Source of the DNA: Eubacteriales bacterium | GTDB taxonomy: Bacteria; Bacillota; Clostridia; Oscillospirales; CAG-272 | Assembly (NCBI GenBank): GCA_045578385.1 | Contig: JAZNKD010000024.1 | Coordinates: 44,774-108,773, forward strand | Direction of reading: 5' to 3' | DNA length: 64,000 bases | Part shown: piece after piece, positions 17,872 to 27,265 of the stretch | How positions within the stretch are numbered: position 1 is the stretch's first letter | Layout of the letters: each line of letters starts with the position of its first letter | Position numbers and translations under genes: made by a program | The notes under the pieces: generated by a model | Databases searched by the model: none | Told to the model about the DNA's origin: nothing | The model's input: the letters and a program-made list of their open reading frames with translations, nothing else

Positions 17872-19038
17872 ATGAATAAAAACTCATATTTATGCAATTT
17901 TTTATCCAAGCATCCTGACGATTGGGAAAAGCTTCTCACCGAAAAATATTTTATAAAGATAAAGCACGACGGTGCGTATTCTATCTTTGTTTACGATATT
18001 GGATGCGATTTTTCTCTCGACTTGGTGCAGGAAGCGCGCGGAATTATCATCAATACCGAAAAGCTCTCTGTAGCGTGCTGGCCGTTTCGCAAATTCGGAA
18101 ACCACAACGAAAGCTACGCTGACGAAATCGACTGGAACACAGCGCGAGTTCAGGAGAAGATTGACGGCTCAATAATCAAGCTCTGGTACGACGAAACGGC
18201 GGGAGCGTGGCAATTTTCGACCAACGGAACGATACGTGCGGAGCGTGCTGCGATAGACGCGTACCCCGGAGTAAAATTCTCCGAAATTATAAAGCGTGCC
18301 GATAATTACAGCGATATTAATTTTGACACGCTTGACAAGGAAAAGACCTATATTTTTGAGCTTGTCAGCCCTGAAACCCAGGTAGTTATAGATTACGGCA
18401 TAACCTCGCTCTACCACATAGGTACAAGAAGCAATATAACAGGAGAGGAATATGACGAAAACATCGGTATAAAAAAACCTCTCTCATATCCGCTTCGTAG
18501 CCTTGAAGACTGTCTTAAGGCGGCATCCGTGTTAAACCGAACTGACGGAAAAGATGAATCAGAGATAAAAAAAGAGGGATTTGTAGTAGTAGACAGTGCC
18601 TGGCGCAGAGTCAAAATCAAATCGCCCGATTATCTAGTTCAACACCGTATAACAAACATTTCAGCAATCTCAAAGCGCGATGCCGTTTTTATACTTATAA
18701 ACGAAAAGGAGAAGGTTGAAAATCTGACCTCGGCAAGTCCTGCTTTAATTCCATACTTTAAATTTTACGACTTTAAGCTTTCAGAGCTTTGCTATACCGC
18801 CGACAAGCTCAGCGTCATAGCCAGAAGTCTTTTCTCAGAATACAGCGCTGACAGAGCGGCGGTTGCAAAAATAATATCTAAACACAGGCTTTCAGGAATA
18901 GCATTCCGCGCTCTTGACTGTACAGATACGGGAGCTGAAATTCTGCTTTCCACACCGATAGAAAAGCTTATAAAGCTTATCCCGACCTATGAGCCTGAGG
19001 ACCTTTATTCACTTTTTTCATCTAATAGCAATAAATAA
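17872..19038 (+). CDS. ATP-dependent RNA ligase, T4 RnlA (Rnl1) family
   Basis: The nucleotidyltransferase motifs are collinear with T4 Rnl1. Motif I is QEKIDGSIIKLW (T4: TKEDGSLVS), motif III is FELVSPE, motif IV is EGFVVVD (T4: EGYVAVM), and motif V is RVKIKSPDY (T4: HFKIKSDWY). Confidence 0.8.
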   Translation: MNKNSYLCNFLSKHPDDWEKLLTEKYFIKIKHDGAYSIFVYDIGCDFSLDLVQEARGIIINTEKLSVACWPFRKFGNHNESYADEIDWNTARVQEKIDGSIIKLWYDETAGAWQFSTNGTIRAERAAIDAYPGVKFSEIIKRADNYSDINFDTLDKEKTYIFELVSPETQVVIDYGITSLYHIGTRSNITGEEYDENIGIKKPLSYPLRSLEDCLKAASVLNRTDGKDESEIKKEGFVVVDSAWRRVKIKSPDYLVQHRITNISAISKRDAVFILINEKEKVENLTSASPALIPYFKFYDFKLSELCYTADKLSVIARSLFSEYSADRAAVAKIISKHRLSGIAFRALDCTDTGAEILLSTPIEKLIKLIPTYEPEDLYSLFSSNSNK

Positions 19039-19164
19039 AATTTAATAAAACCTATAAAATCGCGACTCTTCTAATTTCCGTAAGACTTAACACAAAAATA
19101 GGCACTGTGCTTGTGACACAATGCCTATTTTTTATTCGATTCTATCAAAATGCGACATCACTTG

Positions 19165-19959
19165 TTACCCGAGTATCGCTCTGTCGCTCGAGAATTCATC
19201 TCCGCTTGCGCGACTGAAAAGGCCAAGGAGGTCTTCAACCGTGAGCTTTGATTTTTCTTCTCCCGAAACGTCAACAACAACTCTGCCCTCGTGCATCATT
19301 ATAAGGCGATTGCCGTATCTGATAGCATCACGCATATTGTGAGTTATCATAACCGTCGTGAGCTTACTCTCATTTACGATTTTTTCGGTAATTTCAAGAA
19401 CCTTTGCGGCGGTTTTTGGGTCAAGTGCCGCGGTATGCTCGTCAAGAAGAAGGAGCTTAGGTGCTTTGAGGGTTGCCATAAGAAGCGTTACCGCTTGCCT
19501 CTGTCCACCCGAAAGAAGTCCAACTTTCGAAGAAAGTCTGTCTTCAAGACCAAGCTCAAGCTTTGCAAGAACTGCCTTGTAGCTTTCTCTTTCCTTCTTG
19601 GGAAGTCCCCATATAAGCCTGCGCTTGCTTCCTCGCCTTGCAGCAATCGAAAGATTTTCGGCAATTTCCATATCGGGCGCAGTTCCCTTCATAGGGTCCT
19701 GGAAGACTCGTCCGAGATATTTTGCCCTCTTATATTCAGGCATATGCGTTACGTCAACTCCGTCAATTTCAATAGTTCCGAAATCGGGGGTAAACACACC
19801 GGAAATGGCGTTAAGCATCGTGCTTTTTCCCGCGCCGTTTCCGCCAATAACCGTTACAAAATCTCCGTCCTGCAGAGTGAGATTCAATCCGTTAATGGCT
19901 TTTTTTGCATTTACAGTACCGGGATTAAAGGTTTTATGAAGATTAGTTATCTTAAGCAT
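19165..19959 (-). CDS. ABC transporter ATP-binding protein (putative aromatic amino acid uptake system)
   Basis: Walker A is GGNGAGKST, the signature is LSGGQRQA, and Walker B is LLLDEHTAALD. It overlaps the permease gene by 8 nt. Confidence 0.85.
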   Translation of the reverse strand: MLKITNLHKTFNPGTVNAKKAINGLNLTLQDGDFVTVIGGNGAGKSTMLNAISGVFTPDFGTIEIDGVDVTHMPEYKRAKYLGRVFQDPMKGTAPDMEIAENLSIAARRGSKRRLIWGLPKKERESYKAVLAKLELGLEDRLSSKVGLLSGGQRQAVTLLMATLKAPKLLLLDEHTAALDPKTAAKVLEITEKIVNESKLTTVMITHNMRDAIRYGNRLIMMHEGRVVVDVSGEEKSKLTVEDLLGLFSRASGDEFSSDRAILG

Positions 19960-20887
19960 TTTCCTCTACCTCCTCGGCTTTGTTTTCAACTGCGGATTTT
20001 GCATCCTCAAAAATTCTCTGCTTTGTGAAATATTTACTCTTAAGGTAAGGAATTGCAAGGAATCCTGCAACTACGAGTGCGGAAAGCATCTTAAGAAGGT
20101 CAGTGTCAAGACCAAGCCAGATTACGAACGTATAAACAAGATAATAAATGATTCCGCCGCCAACAACGCCGATAAGCGATACGACGAAATTCGGCTTAAT
20201 CTTAAGTGATACCGAAAGACCGATGATTATAGCGGCAAGTCCGATAACTATAGCGCCTCGTCCCATATTTATATCCGCAAAGCCCTGATACTGCGCAAGA
20301 AGCGCACCGGAGAGAGCTATAATGCCGTTTGAAATGGCAAGACCGAGAACCTTATTAAAATTAACGTTAACGCCCTGAGCGCGACTCATATGCTCGTTAT
20401 CGCCCGTGGATTTCAGAGAAAATCCTATTTCAGTATAGAAGAACAGATAAAGTCCTACTATTATAAAGGCGCAGAACACAAGTGCAACTATTATGGATTT
20501 AACGTTGTCCATAGAAGAAAGAAGAACCGCATACTTTCTTGCACTTATCGAAAGATTTGCCTTGCCGAGTATTTTAAGATTGATGGACCACAGCATTAGC
20601 TGAGTAAGAATACCCGAAAGTATCGCGGGAATTCCCATCGCTGTATGGAAAATTCCGGTGATCATTCCCGCAATAGCTCCGGAAAGGAATGCTGCCACAA
20701 GACAAACAGCTATATTTATTCCGTTTGACAGCATAACCGCAAACACACACGCGCCGGTGCATATCGATCCGTCAACCGTAAGATCAGCAATATCAAGTAT
20801 TTTGTACGAAATATAGAGTCCTATTGCAAAAAGCCCCCATATAAGTCCCTGCGCAACCGCACCGGGAATTGCATTTAAAAATCCCAT
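19952..20887 (-). CDS. ABC transporter permease (putative aromatic amino acid uptake system)
   Basis: 311 aa and polytopic. It lies between the binding-protein and ATPase genes of the same operon. Confidence 0.8.
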   Translation of the reverse strand: MGFLNAIPGAVAQGLIWGLFAIGLYISYKILDIADLTVDGSICTGACVFAVMLSNGINIAVCLVAAFLSGAIAGMITGIFHTAMGIPAILSGILTQLMLWSINLKILGKANLSISARKYAVLLSSMDNVKSIIVALVFCAFIIVGLYLFFYTEIGFSLKSTGDNEHMSRAQGVNVNFNKVLGLAISNGIIALSGALLAQYQGFADINMGRGAIVIGLAAIIIGLSVSLKIKPNFVVSLIGVVGGGIIYYLVYTFVIWLGLDTDLLKMLSALVVAGFLAIPYLKSKYFTKQRIFEDAKSAVENKAEEVEENA

Positions 20888-20916
20888 TTTAACTCCAAAA
20901 AACAGTTATTGTAATA

Positions 20917-21939
20917 TTACTCTGCCTCGGTACCAGCAATAACAGTGTAGCCTGCAGCCTTAAGTGCCTCAACGTCAACTCCGAGATTTACGCAAGCCAA
21001 TTCGTTATACTTTTTAATGGGAGCCGAGTCGTACTGTATAGCAAGAGTGGTTATATCAGCTTTACCGAGAAGTACCTTTGCTGCCATCTCACCCGTAACC
21101 TTACCGATATTTTCATAGCTTATAGAAAGCGTTGCATAACCGCAACCCGCGCAGGTAGCCTCCTCTCCGGCAAATACGGGAACCTTCTTGGCCTCGCATA
21201 CGTTATTGATTATAGAAGTGTTTGACGCAACTACGTTATCAGTGGGAACGTAAATTGCATCTACTGCATCAGCAGCGTTGGTTACGATATTCTGAAGATC
21301 GTTAGAGTCTGTGAACTTATAATCCGTGCAGGTATAACCCTTTCCGGTAAGATACGCCTTAACAACGTCTACCTGATACTGAGAGTTAGGCTCAGCGGAG
21401 CAGTAAAGAAGTCCTACTTTTGCACCCGCCTCAAGTCCAAGAGTATCAATCATCATCTGAGCCTGGGTTTCAAGGGGAGCAAGGTCGGAGGTGCCGGAAA
21501 TGTTACCGCCGACAACACCGTCGAAATCATCAATTTCAAGCGCTACGCCGTACTCGGTTATGGAAGTTCCGAGAATCGGAATAGAAATTGTTGCATTCGC
21601 AGCAGCCTGAAGAGCTGCCGTCGCGTTAGCCATAATGAGATCCACGTCATCTGCAACAAAGCTGTTGACTATAGTAGTACAAGTATTAGAATCACCTGCC
21701 GCATTTTGTTCTTTAAACACAACCGTTCTTCCTTCCTTTGCAAGTTCGGCCGTAAGAACTTCCTTGAAGCCCGCGGTAGCAGAGTCGAGCGCAGGATGCG
21801 TTACAAGCTGGCAGATACCTACAACGTATTCTTTTTTGTCGGGATTAACTTTGATTTTGTCCTTCTTGCAAGATACAAGAGACGCGCATACTCCGACACA
21901 AAGAGCAAGTGTAAGAATAAGTGATACGATTTTTTTCAT
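20917..21939 (-). CDS. ABC transporter substrate-binding lipoprotein (ABC_sub_bind / putative Trp-Tyr transport family)
   Basis: Signal peptide with lipobox LVSC. It is the first gene downstream of a T-box leader. Confidence 0.75.
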   Translation of the reverse strand: MKKIVSLILTLALCVGVCASLVSCKKDKIKVNPDKKEYVVGICQLVTHPALDSATAGFKEVLTAELAKEGRTVVFKEQNAAGDSNTCTTIVNSFVADDVDLIMANATAALQAAANATISIPILGTSITEYGVALEIDDFDGVVGGNISGTSDLAPLETQAQMMIDTLGLEAGAKVGLLYCSAEPNSQYQVDVVKAYLTGKGYTCTDYKFTDSNDLQNIVTNAADAVDAIYVPTDNVVASNTSIINNVCEAKKVPVFAGEEATCAGCGYATLSISYENIGKVTGEMAAKVLLGKADITTLAIQYDSAPIKKYNELACVNLGVDVEALKAAGYTVIAGTEAE

Positions 21940-22040
21940 TTTTGTTTCCTCCGGAAATAAGTTTATATAATCTGCACTTCTTACCTTAAAGATAAGTTAA
22001 TGTAAATTAACAATTTAATACTACATCTATTTTTTAGCTT

Positions 22041-22347
22041 AAAAAAGAAAAAGCCCTGATCTATCACATTGATAGAATACAGGGACAGCAATAAAATATT
22101 ACCGTGATACCACTCTGATTCACCCTTACTTCACAGTAAGAGCCTCATCGGGTGCAAGCACACCCTTGGCGATATAACGGTCGCTCCCGGTCAAACCTAA
22201 TCATAACGGAAAAGCCGCTATTTTCAGCCCACAGCTCGCAAAATGAATTCGACTCGGTCTATACCACTGCCTCGCACCAAACGGCAGCTCTCTGAAGGCA
22301 AAACGTGAGGTTACTATTTTTTGCTCAAACGCTTTTTGATGTAGATA
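22041..22347 (-). promoter_or_regulatory. T-box riboswitch leader, specifier UUC (Phe), with an intrinsic terminator
   Basis: On the minus strand, Stem I carries AGAGAGCTGCCGTTTGGTGCGAGGCAGT and the specifier region is GAATTCA (the UUC codon is at 22247-22245). The T-box motif is AATCAGAGTGGTATCACGG. The terminator pairs CCCTGAT with ATCAGGG and is followed by CTTTTTC. Confidence 0.85.
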
Positions 22348-22353
22348 TTGCAT

Positions 22354-22382
22354 ATTTTAGCAAATGATTTTTGATTTGTCAA
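22354..22382 (-). promoter_or_regulatory. Sigma-A promoter for the T-box/ABC operon
   Basis: On the minus strand: TTGACA (22382-22377), 17-nt spacer, TAAAAT (22359-22354). Confidence 0.65.
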
Positions 22383-22592
22383 GCTCTTTTTTGAAATTTA
22401 TTCATTTTTTCGAATATTTTTTCGAATTACAATTAAAAATAGCATTTTAACCTGCATATACGCTGCATAAATGCAGGTTTTGGAAATTTTTACAACTCAG
22501 CCTTCTTCGAAATATGAAAAAAATCTTGACCGAATAGCATAAATGTGCTAAAATATCCTTATTAATCTACGCATAAACCGAAAGAGGTAACT

Positions 22593-23813
22593 ATGAAGGC
22601 ATACGAAAGACTTTTGAAATATGTAAAAATTTGCACGCAAAGCTCGGACGAAAGCGGACTTCATCCAAGCACAAGCTGTCAATTCGAGCTTGCAAGGCTT
22701 CTAAAAGACGAGCTTACAGCCCTTGGTTGCACCAACGTAATACTTAACGATTCCTGTTATTTATATGCGAAGCTTCCCGCAACCGCAGGCTACGAATCCA
22801 AGCCAAAGATTGGATTTATAGCTCATATGGATACTGCTCCCGATTTCTGCGGAAACGGCGTAGATCCTGTAATCCACGAAAATTATGACGGCGGCGTGAT
22901 AATTCTTTCTGACAGCGGCCGCTCGCTTGACCCCGAGCAGTTTCCCCACTTAAAAGCTCTTACGGGAAGAACGCTTATAACTACTGACGGAAAAACGCTT
23001 CTCGGTGCAGACGATAAAGCCGGTATAGCAGAAATCTTAACTCTCATAGAAAAGCTTCAGGAGAGCAAAACACCGCACGGATGCATACTTGTTGCTTTTA
23101 CCCCCGATGAAGAAATCGGAGAGGGAGCAGACGGATTTGACGTTTCAGGCTTTGAAGCAGATTTTGCGTATACCGTAGACGGCGGCCCGGAAGGCTCGCT
23201 TGAATACGAGAATTTCAACGCGGCAGCTGCAAAATTTGAGGTTAACGGTTTTAACGTGCATCCAGGATCGGCAAAAAACACTATGATAAACGCATCGCTT
23301 GTCGCTATGGAGATAAATTCGCACCTGCCAACGCTTGAAACCCCATCCAAAACCGACGGATACGAGGGCTTCTATCATCTTACCGATATGAAAGGCTCTG
23401 TTGAAAAAGCAACCCTTGATTATATTGTAAGAGATCACAACGCAGAGCTTTTCGAAGCAAGACTTACCACGCTCCGCCATATAGAAAAGATAATGAACGA
23501 AAAATACGGTGCGGGAACGGTTAAGCTCGAAATCAAAGAGAGCTATCGCAATATGAAAGAAGCTATTCTGCCTCATATGCATATTGTTGACAATGCAAAG
23601 CGTGCAACCGAGATGGCGGGTCTCACTCCCACGGTTGAGCCTATTCGCGGCGGAACAGACGGTGCGCGCCTTTCATTTATGGGCCTTCCCTGCCCCAATC
23701 TCGGAACCGGCGGATACGCTTTTCACGGGCCTTTTGAGCATATAACTGCAGAAGGAATGGAGCTTGCAACGCAAGTTCTTATCAATATCGTTAGGCTTTA
23801 TTCGGAAGCGTAA
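22593..23813 (+). CDS. pepT: Peptidase T (tripeptide aminopeptidase, M20B)
   Basis: 406 aa. It has the typical PepT N-terminus MKAYERLLKYVKI, plus AHMDTAPDF and the C-terminal GGTDGA. Confidence 0.9.
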   Translation: MKAYERLLKYVKICTQSSDESGLHPSTSCQFELARLLKDELTALGCTNVILNDSCYLYAKLPATAGYESKPKIGFIAHMDTAPDFCGNGVDPVIHENYDGGVIILSDSGRSLDPEQFPHLKALTGRTLITTDGKTLLGADDKAGIAEILTLIEKLQESKTPHGCILVAFTPDEEIGEGADGFDVSGFEADFAYTVDGGPEGSLEYENFNAAAAKFEVNGFNVHPGSAKNTMINASLVAMEINSHLPTLETPSKTDGYEGFYHLTDMKGSVEKATLDYIVRDHNAELFEARLTTLRHIEKIMNEKYGAGTVKLEIKESYRNMKEAILPHMHIVDNAKRATEMAGLTPTVEPIRGGTDGARLSFMGLPCPNLGTGGYAFHGPFEHITAEGMELATQVLINIVRLYSEA

Positions 23814-23880
23814 AATAAGCATTATACCCAAATTCGTTAATTATTATTTACATTTATTCTGCTTTTAACGGAGATTTCAC

Positions 23881-25233
23881 ATGAATATCATAATTATAGG
23901 AAGCGGTACTGTTGGTTCGGCAATCTGCTTTCAGTTGGTTAAAGAGGGCCATGACGTAACGGTTATAGACTCGGACGAAAAAAGCCTTGCGGAAATATCA
24001 AATACCTGCGACGTAACGTCTATGCTCGGAAATGGTGCAGATATCAATCTTTTAAGAACTGCGGGAGTGGAAAAGGCGGATTTGCTTATTGCCGTGGCTG
24101 CTATGGATGAAATCAATATGCTATCCTGCTACGCCGCAAAAAAGCTAGGCGCGTCCTATACGGTAGCCAGAATAAGAAATCCCGAGTACGTACCGTTTAT
24201 GAATCTTATGAGATCGGACACAAACCTTTCTCTTACCATAAACCCCGAATATGCAACCGCAAAGGAAATAGCGAGGAACCTCAAGTTCCCCGGTGCAACT
24301 AAGGTGGACACGTTTTGCGACGGCATGGTAGAAATGGCGGAGTTCACCGTTACAAAAAATTCTCCCATCTGTAATCTCTCGCTTCTGGATATGCGAGAGA
24401 AGTTCAATTTTAAGTTTCTTGTATGCGGCGTTCTTCGAAACAACAAAGCGTATATTCCCTCCGGTAACTTTGTTTTAAAAGAGGGAGACTCGATATGCGT
24501 AACTGCATCCGAGGACGAACTTGTGAAGTTCTTTAAGCTTATAAGCAGCCGACGTCGTAAAACCAAGCATTTAATTATCACGGGAGCAGGCAGAACCACC
24601 TATTATCTCGCAAAGCTGCTCGGAAAATCGCTCGCTAACACAACGATAATTGAAAGAGATATCGAACGTTGCAAAGAGCTTAGCGCCGAATACAATATCA
24701 GCGTTACAAACGGAGACAGCACGAGCCAGGAGCTCCTTCTTGAAGAAGGGATCGAATCCTGCGACGCCTTTCTCGCCCTTTCTGACGAGGATGAGGAAAA
24801 TGCGATAGTTTCGATGTATGCAAAAAAGGTCGGTGTTCCGCAGATAATCACAATGATACGCTCGCTTCCTTATATAGATTTCTTTAAAGACGTAGGTCTT
24901 GATACTATTGTTTCTCCGAAATCCTCCACCGTCGACTATATTCTGCGTTTCGTAAGGGGTATGGCAGATGCACAAGACTCTGAGATTGAGTCGCTCCATA
25001 CGGTTCTCGATGGGAAGATAGAGGCTCTCGAATTTATAATAAAAGAGCGGATTGACGGACTTACCGAAATCCCGATTTCCAGAATCAAACGTATACCAAA
25101 CTCGCTCATTGCCTGTATTGCAAGAGACAATGATATTATTATTCCGTCCGGTAACGATACCATAAGGGTCAACGACCGAGTAATAGTTCTCGCAACGGAA
25201 TCAATAAACAATATTAAGGATATATTAAGCTGA
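23881..25233 (+). CDS. trkA: Trk potassium uptake system, NAD-binding subunit TrkA
   Basis: Two Rossmann/RCK repeats (IIIIGSGTVGSAI and LIITGAGRTTYYLA). 450 aa. Confidence 0.9.
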   Translation: MNIIIIGSGTVGSAICFQLVKEGHDVTVIDSDEKSLAEISNTCDVTSMLGNGADINLLRTAGVEKADLLIAVAAMDEINMLSCYAAKKLGASYTVARIRNPEYVPFMNLMRSDTNLSLTINPEYATAKEIARNLKFPGATKVDTFCDGMVEMAEFTVTKNSPICNLSLLDMREKFNFKFLVCGVLRNNKAYIPSGNFVLKEGDSICVTASEDELVKFFKLISSRRRKTKHLIITGAGRTTYYLAKLLGKSLANTTIIERDIERCKELSAEYNISVTNGDSTSQELLLEEGIESCDAFLALSDEDEENAIVSMYAKKVGVPQIITMIRSLPYIDFFKDVGLDTIVSPKSSTVDYILRFVRGMADAQDSEIESLHTVLDGKIEALEFIIKERIDGLTEIPISRIKRIPNSLIACIARDNDIIIPSGNDTIRVNDRVIVLATESINNIKDILS

Positions 25234-26684
25234 TGAATTATAAATTACTGGGTCGATTTTTAGGCTTGGTGCTTCTTATAGAAGCGGGACTCCTTTTCTT
25301 CCCCTTGGTTGTCGCTTTTATTTACGAGGAATCAACGCTTCCGTATCTTATTACGGTAGGAATTCTGATTCTCCTATCTATTCCGACAAGATTTATAAAG
25401 CCTAATAATAAGCGTTTTTATGCAAAAGACGGCTTCGTCTGCGTTGCGCTGAGCTGGATACTCCTCTCGTTTTTTGGCTCGTTGCCATTCGTATTCAGCG
25501 GCGCAATACCAAATATAATTGATGCGTTCTTTGAGACGGTATCAGGCTTCACAACTACGGGTGCTTCCATAATTCCCGTAGGCGGTATTGAAGCCTTACC
25601 TAGAGGAATTTTATTCTGGCGCAGCTTTACGCATTGGGTCGGCGGCATGGGAGTTCTCGTCTTTATGCTCGCTATTATGCCGAATACCGACGGAAACGTC
25701 ATTTTCCTTATGCGCGCAGAGGTTCCGGGACCGCAAAAGGGCAAACTTGTTCCAAAGCTTAAGGACAGCTCTCTTATTCTTTACGTAATATACCTTGCCC
25801 TAACCTTTATTCAGGTTATAGCGCTTCTTTGCACAGGTATGCCGATTTACGATTCGCTCGTCAACTCTTTCGGAACGATGGGTACGGGCGGTTTCTCAGT
25901 ACTCAATGATTCTATTGCAGGATATAACAATCCCGCAGCAGAAATTATTATCGCAATTTTCCTTATAATTGCCGGTATAAATTACAATATTTTCTTTTAT
26001 GTTCTTATCAAAAAATTCCGTGATATAGGGAAAAACGAGGAATTAAGACTTTATTTGGCTATAATTTTTACGTCAACGATTCTTATATCAATAAACATAT
26101 TCAACGCAGCAAGTCTACTATACGATTCGTACGGACATGCCCTCAGAGATGCGCTCTTCCAGGTTGCATCTATAATTTCCACGGCAGGCTTCACGACCGC
26201 AAGTTTTGACTTATGGCCTTACTTCTCGCAGTCGATACTTATTATCCTTATGTTTACAGGTGCGTCCGCAGGCTCAACGGCGGGCGGACTTAAGGTATCA
26301 AGACTCATTATTCTTTTCAAAAGTATGAAACGCGAAGTACGTAAAATTTTCAAGCCTAATTCTATCAAAACATTACGTCTCGACGGAGACACCTTAAGCG
26401 AAGACACTGTAAAATCCACATTTATTTATTTCTCCTTCTACGTTACGGTAGTAGCCTTTTCATTTATGGTTCTCTCTATTGAGGGGAAGGATTTTCTTAC
26501 TACCTTTACTACGGTAGTATCCTGCTTCAACAACATCGGACCGTCATTCGGTGAGGCATTTCTGACGTATGCGGATTTTTCAAGCTTATCTAAGATATTC
26601 CTATCGTTCGTTATGCTCTTTGGAAGACTTGAAATAATGCCTATGCTTGTACTTTTCTCTCCAACGACCTGGAGGAAAAACTAG
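25233..26684 (+). CDS. trkH: Trk-type potassium transporter membrane subunit TrkH
   Basis: 483-aa polytopic protein with selectivity-filter-like TTTGAS / GTGGFS / STAGFT / STAGG repeats. Its start overlaps the trkA stop. Confidence 0.9.
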   Translation: MNYKLLGRFLGLVLLIEAGLLFFPLVVAFIYEESTLPYLITVGILILLSIPTRFIKPNNKRFYAKDGFVCVALSWILLSFFGSLPFVFSGAIPNIIDAFFETVSGFTTTGASIIPVGGIEALPRGILFWRSFTHWVGGMGVLVFMLAIMPNTDGNVIFLMRAEVPGPQKGKLVPKLKDSSLILYVIYLALTFIQVIALLCTGMPIYDSLVNSFGTMGTGGFSVLNDSIAGYNNPAAEIIIAIFLIIAGINYNIFFYVLIKKFRDIGKNEELRLYLAIIFTSTILISINIFNAASLLYDSYGHALRDALFQVASIISTAGFTTASFDLWPYFSQSILIILMFTGASAGSTAGGLKVSRLIILFKSMKREVRKIFKPNSIKTLRLDGDTLSEDTVKSTFIYFSFYVTVVAFSFMVLSIEGKDFLTTFTTVVSCFNNIGPSFGEAFLTYADFSSLSKIFLSFVMLFGRLEIMPMLVLFSPTTWRKN

Positions 26685-26730
26685 TTTTATAATTGAAATT
26701 AATTATTTTTTACTTTTTTTAAAAAAACTC

Positions 26731-26759
26731 TTGCTTTTTTCTCTCCGGTGTGATAAAAT
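26731..26759 (+). promoter_or_regulatory. Sigma-A promoter upstream of secG
   Basis: TTGCTT, 17-nt spacer, TAAAAT. Confidence 0.5.
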
Positions 26760-26810
26760 TACCATATATTTTAATGCCCTTTTGGCAAAAATCCCAGAAA
26801 GGAATAAATA

Positions 26811-27113
26811 ATGGAGTACGTTCTTCTCAGCATACTTCTTGTATGTGCAGTTGTTATCACTGTAGCGGTAACCTTACAGAAATCTAACGAGGGTCTTTCC
26901 GGAACTATCGCCGGAGGCTCTGAAACATATTATGGCAAGGACAAGGCGTCGCAGACCGGTAAGAAGCTTTTCAAGCTCACCCTTATCCTCTCTGTTGTAT
27001 TCGCTGTTGCGGTACTTGTAGCTTATGTTATTCAGCCTGATTACAGCACCTCGACGGCTAACGATTGGACTCAGCTTTCCAAATACGTAGAGTCTCTTCC
27101 CAAAAAATCCTGA
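26811..27113 (+). CDS. secG: Preprotein translocase subunit SecG
   Basis: 100 aa with two TM segments. The typical motif is LQKSNEGLSGTIAGGSETYYGK. Confidence 0.8.
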   Translation: MEYVLLSILLVCAVVITVAVTLQKSNEGLSGTIAGGSETYYGKDKASQTGKKLFKLTLILSVVFAVAVLVAYVIQPDYSTSTANDWTQLSKYVESLPKKS

Positions 27114-27265
27114 TTTCTATAATCTCACATAGAGAGGAACTTTTCTGAAAGCTCCTCTCTATTATTTTTTATTCTTGAATAATATTATCTATAAAAATAC
27201 ATATCATAAATTCACTATTCTTTAAGCGTTATACCGATATGCAAAAACAGATAAAAAGGAAATAA

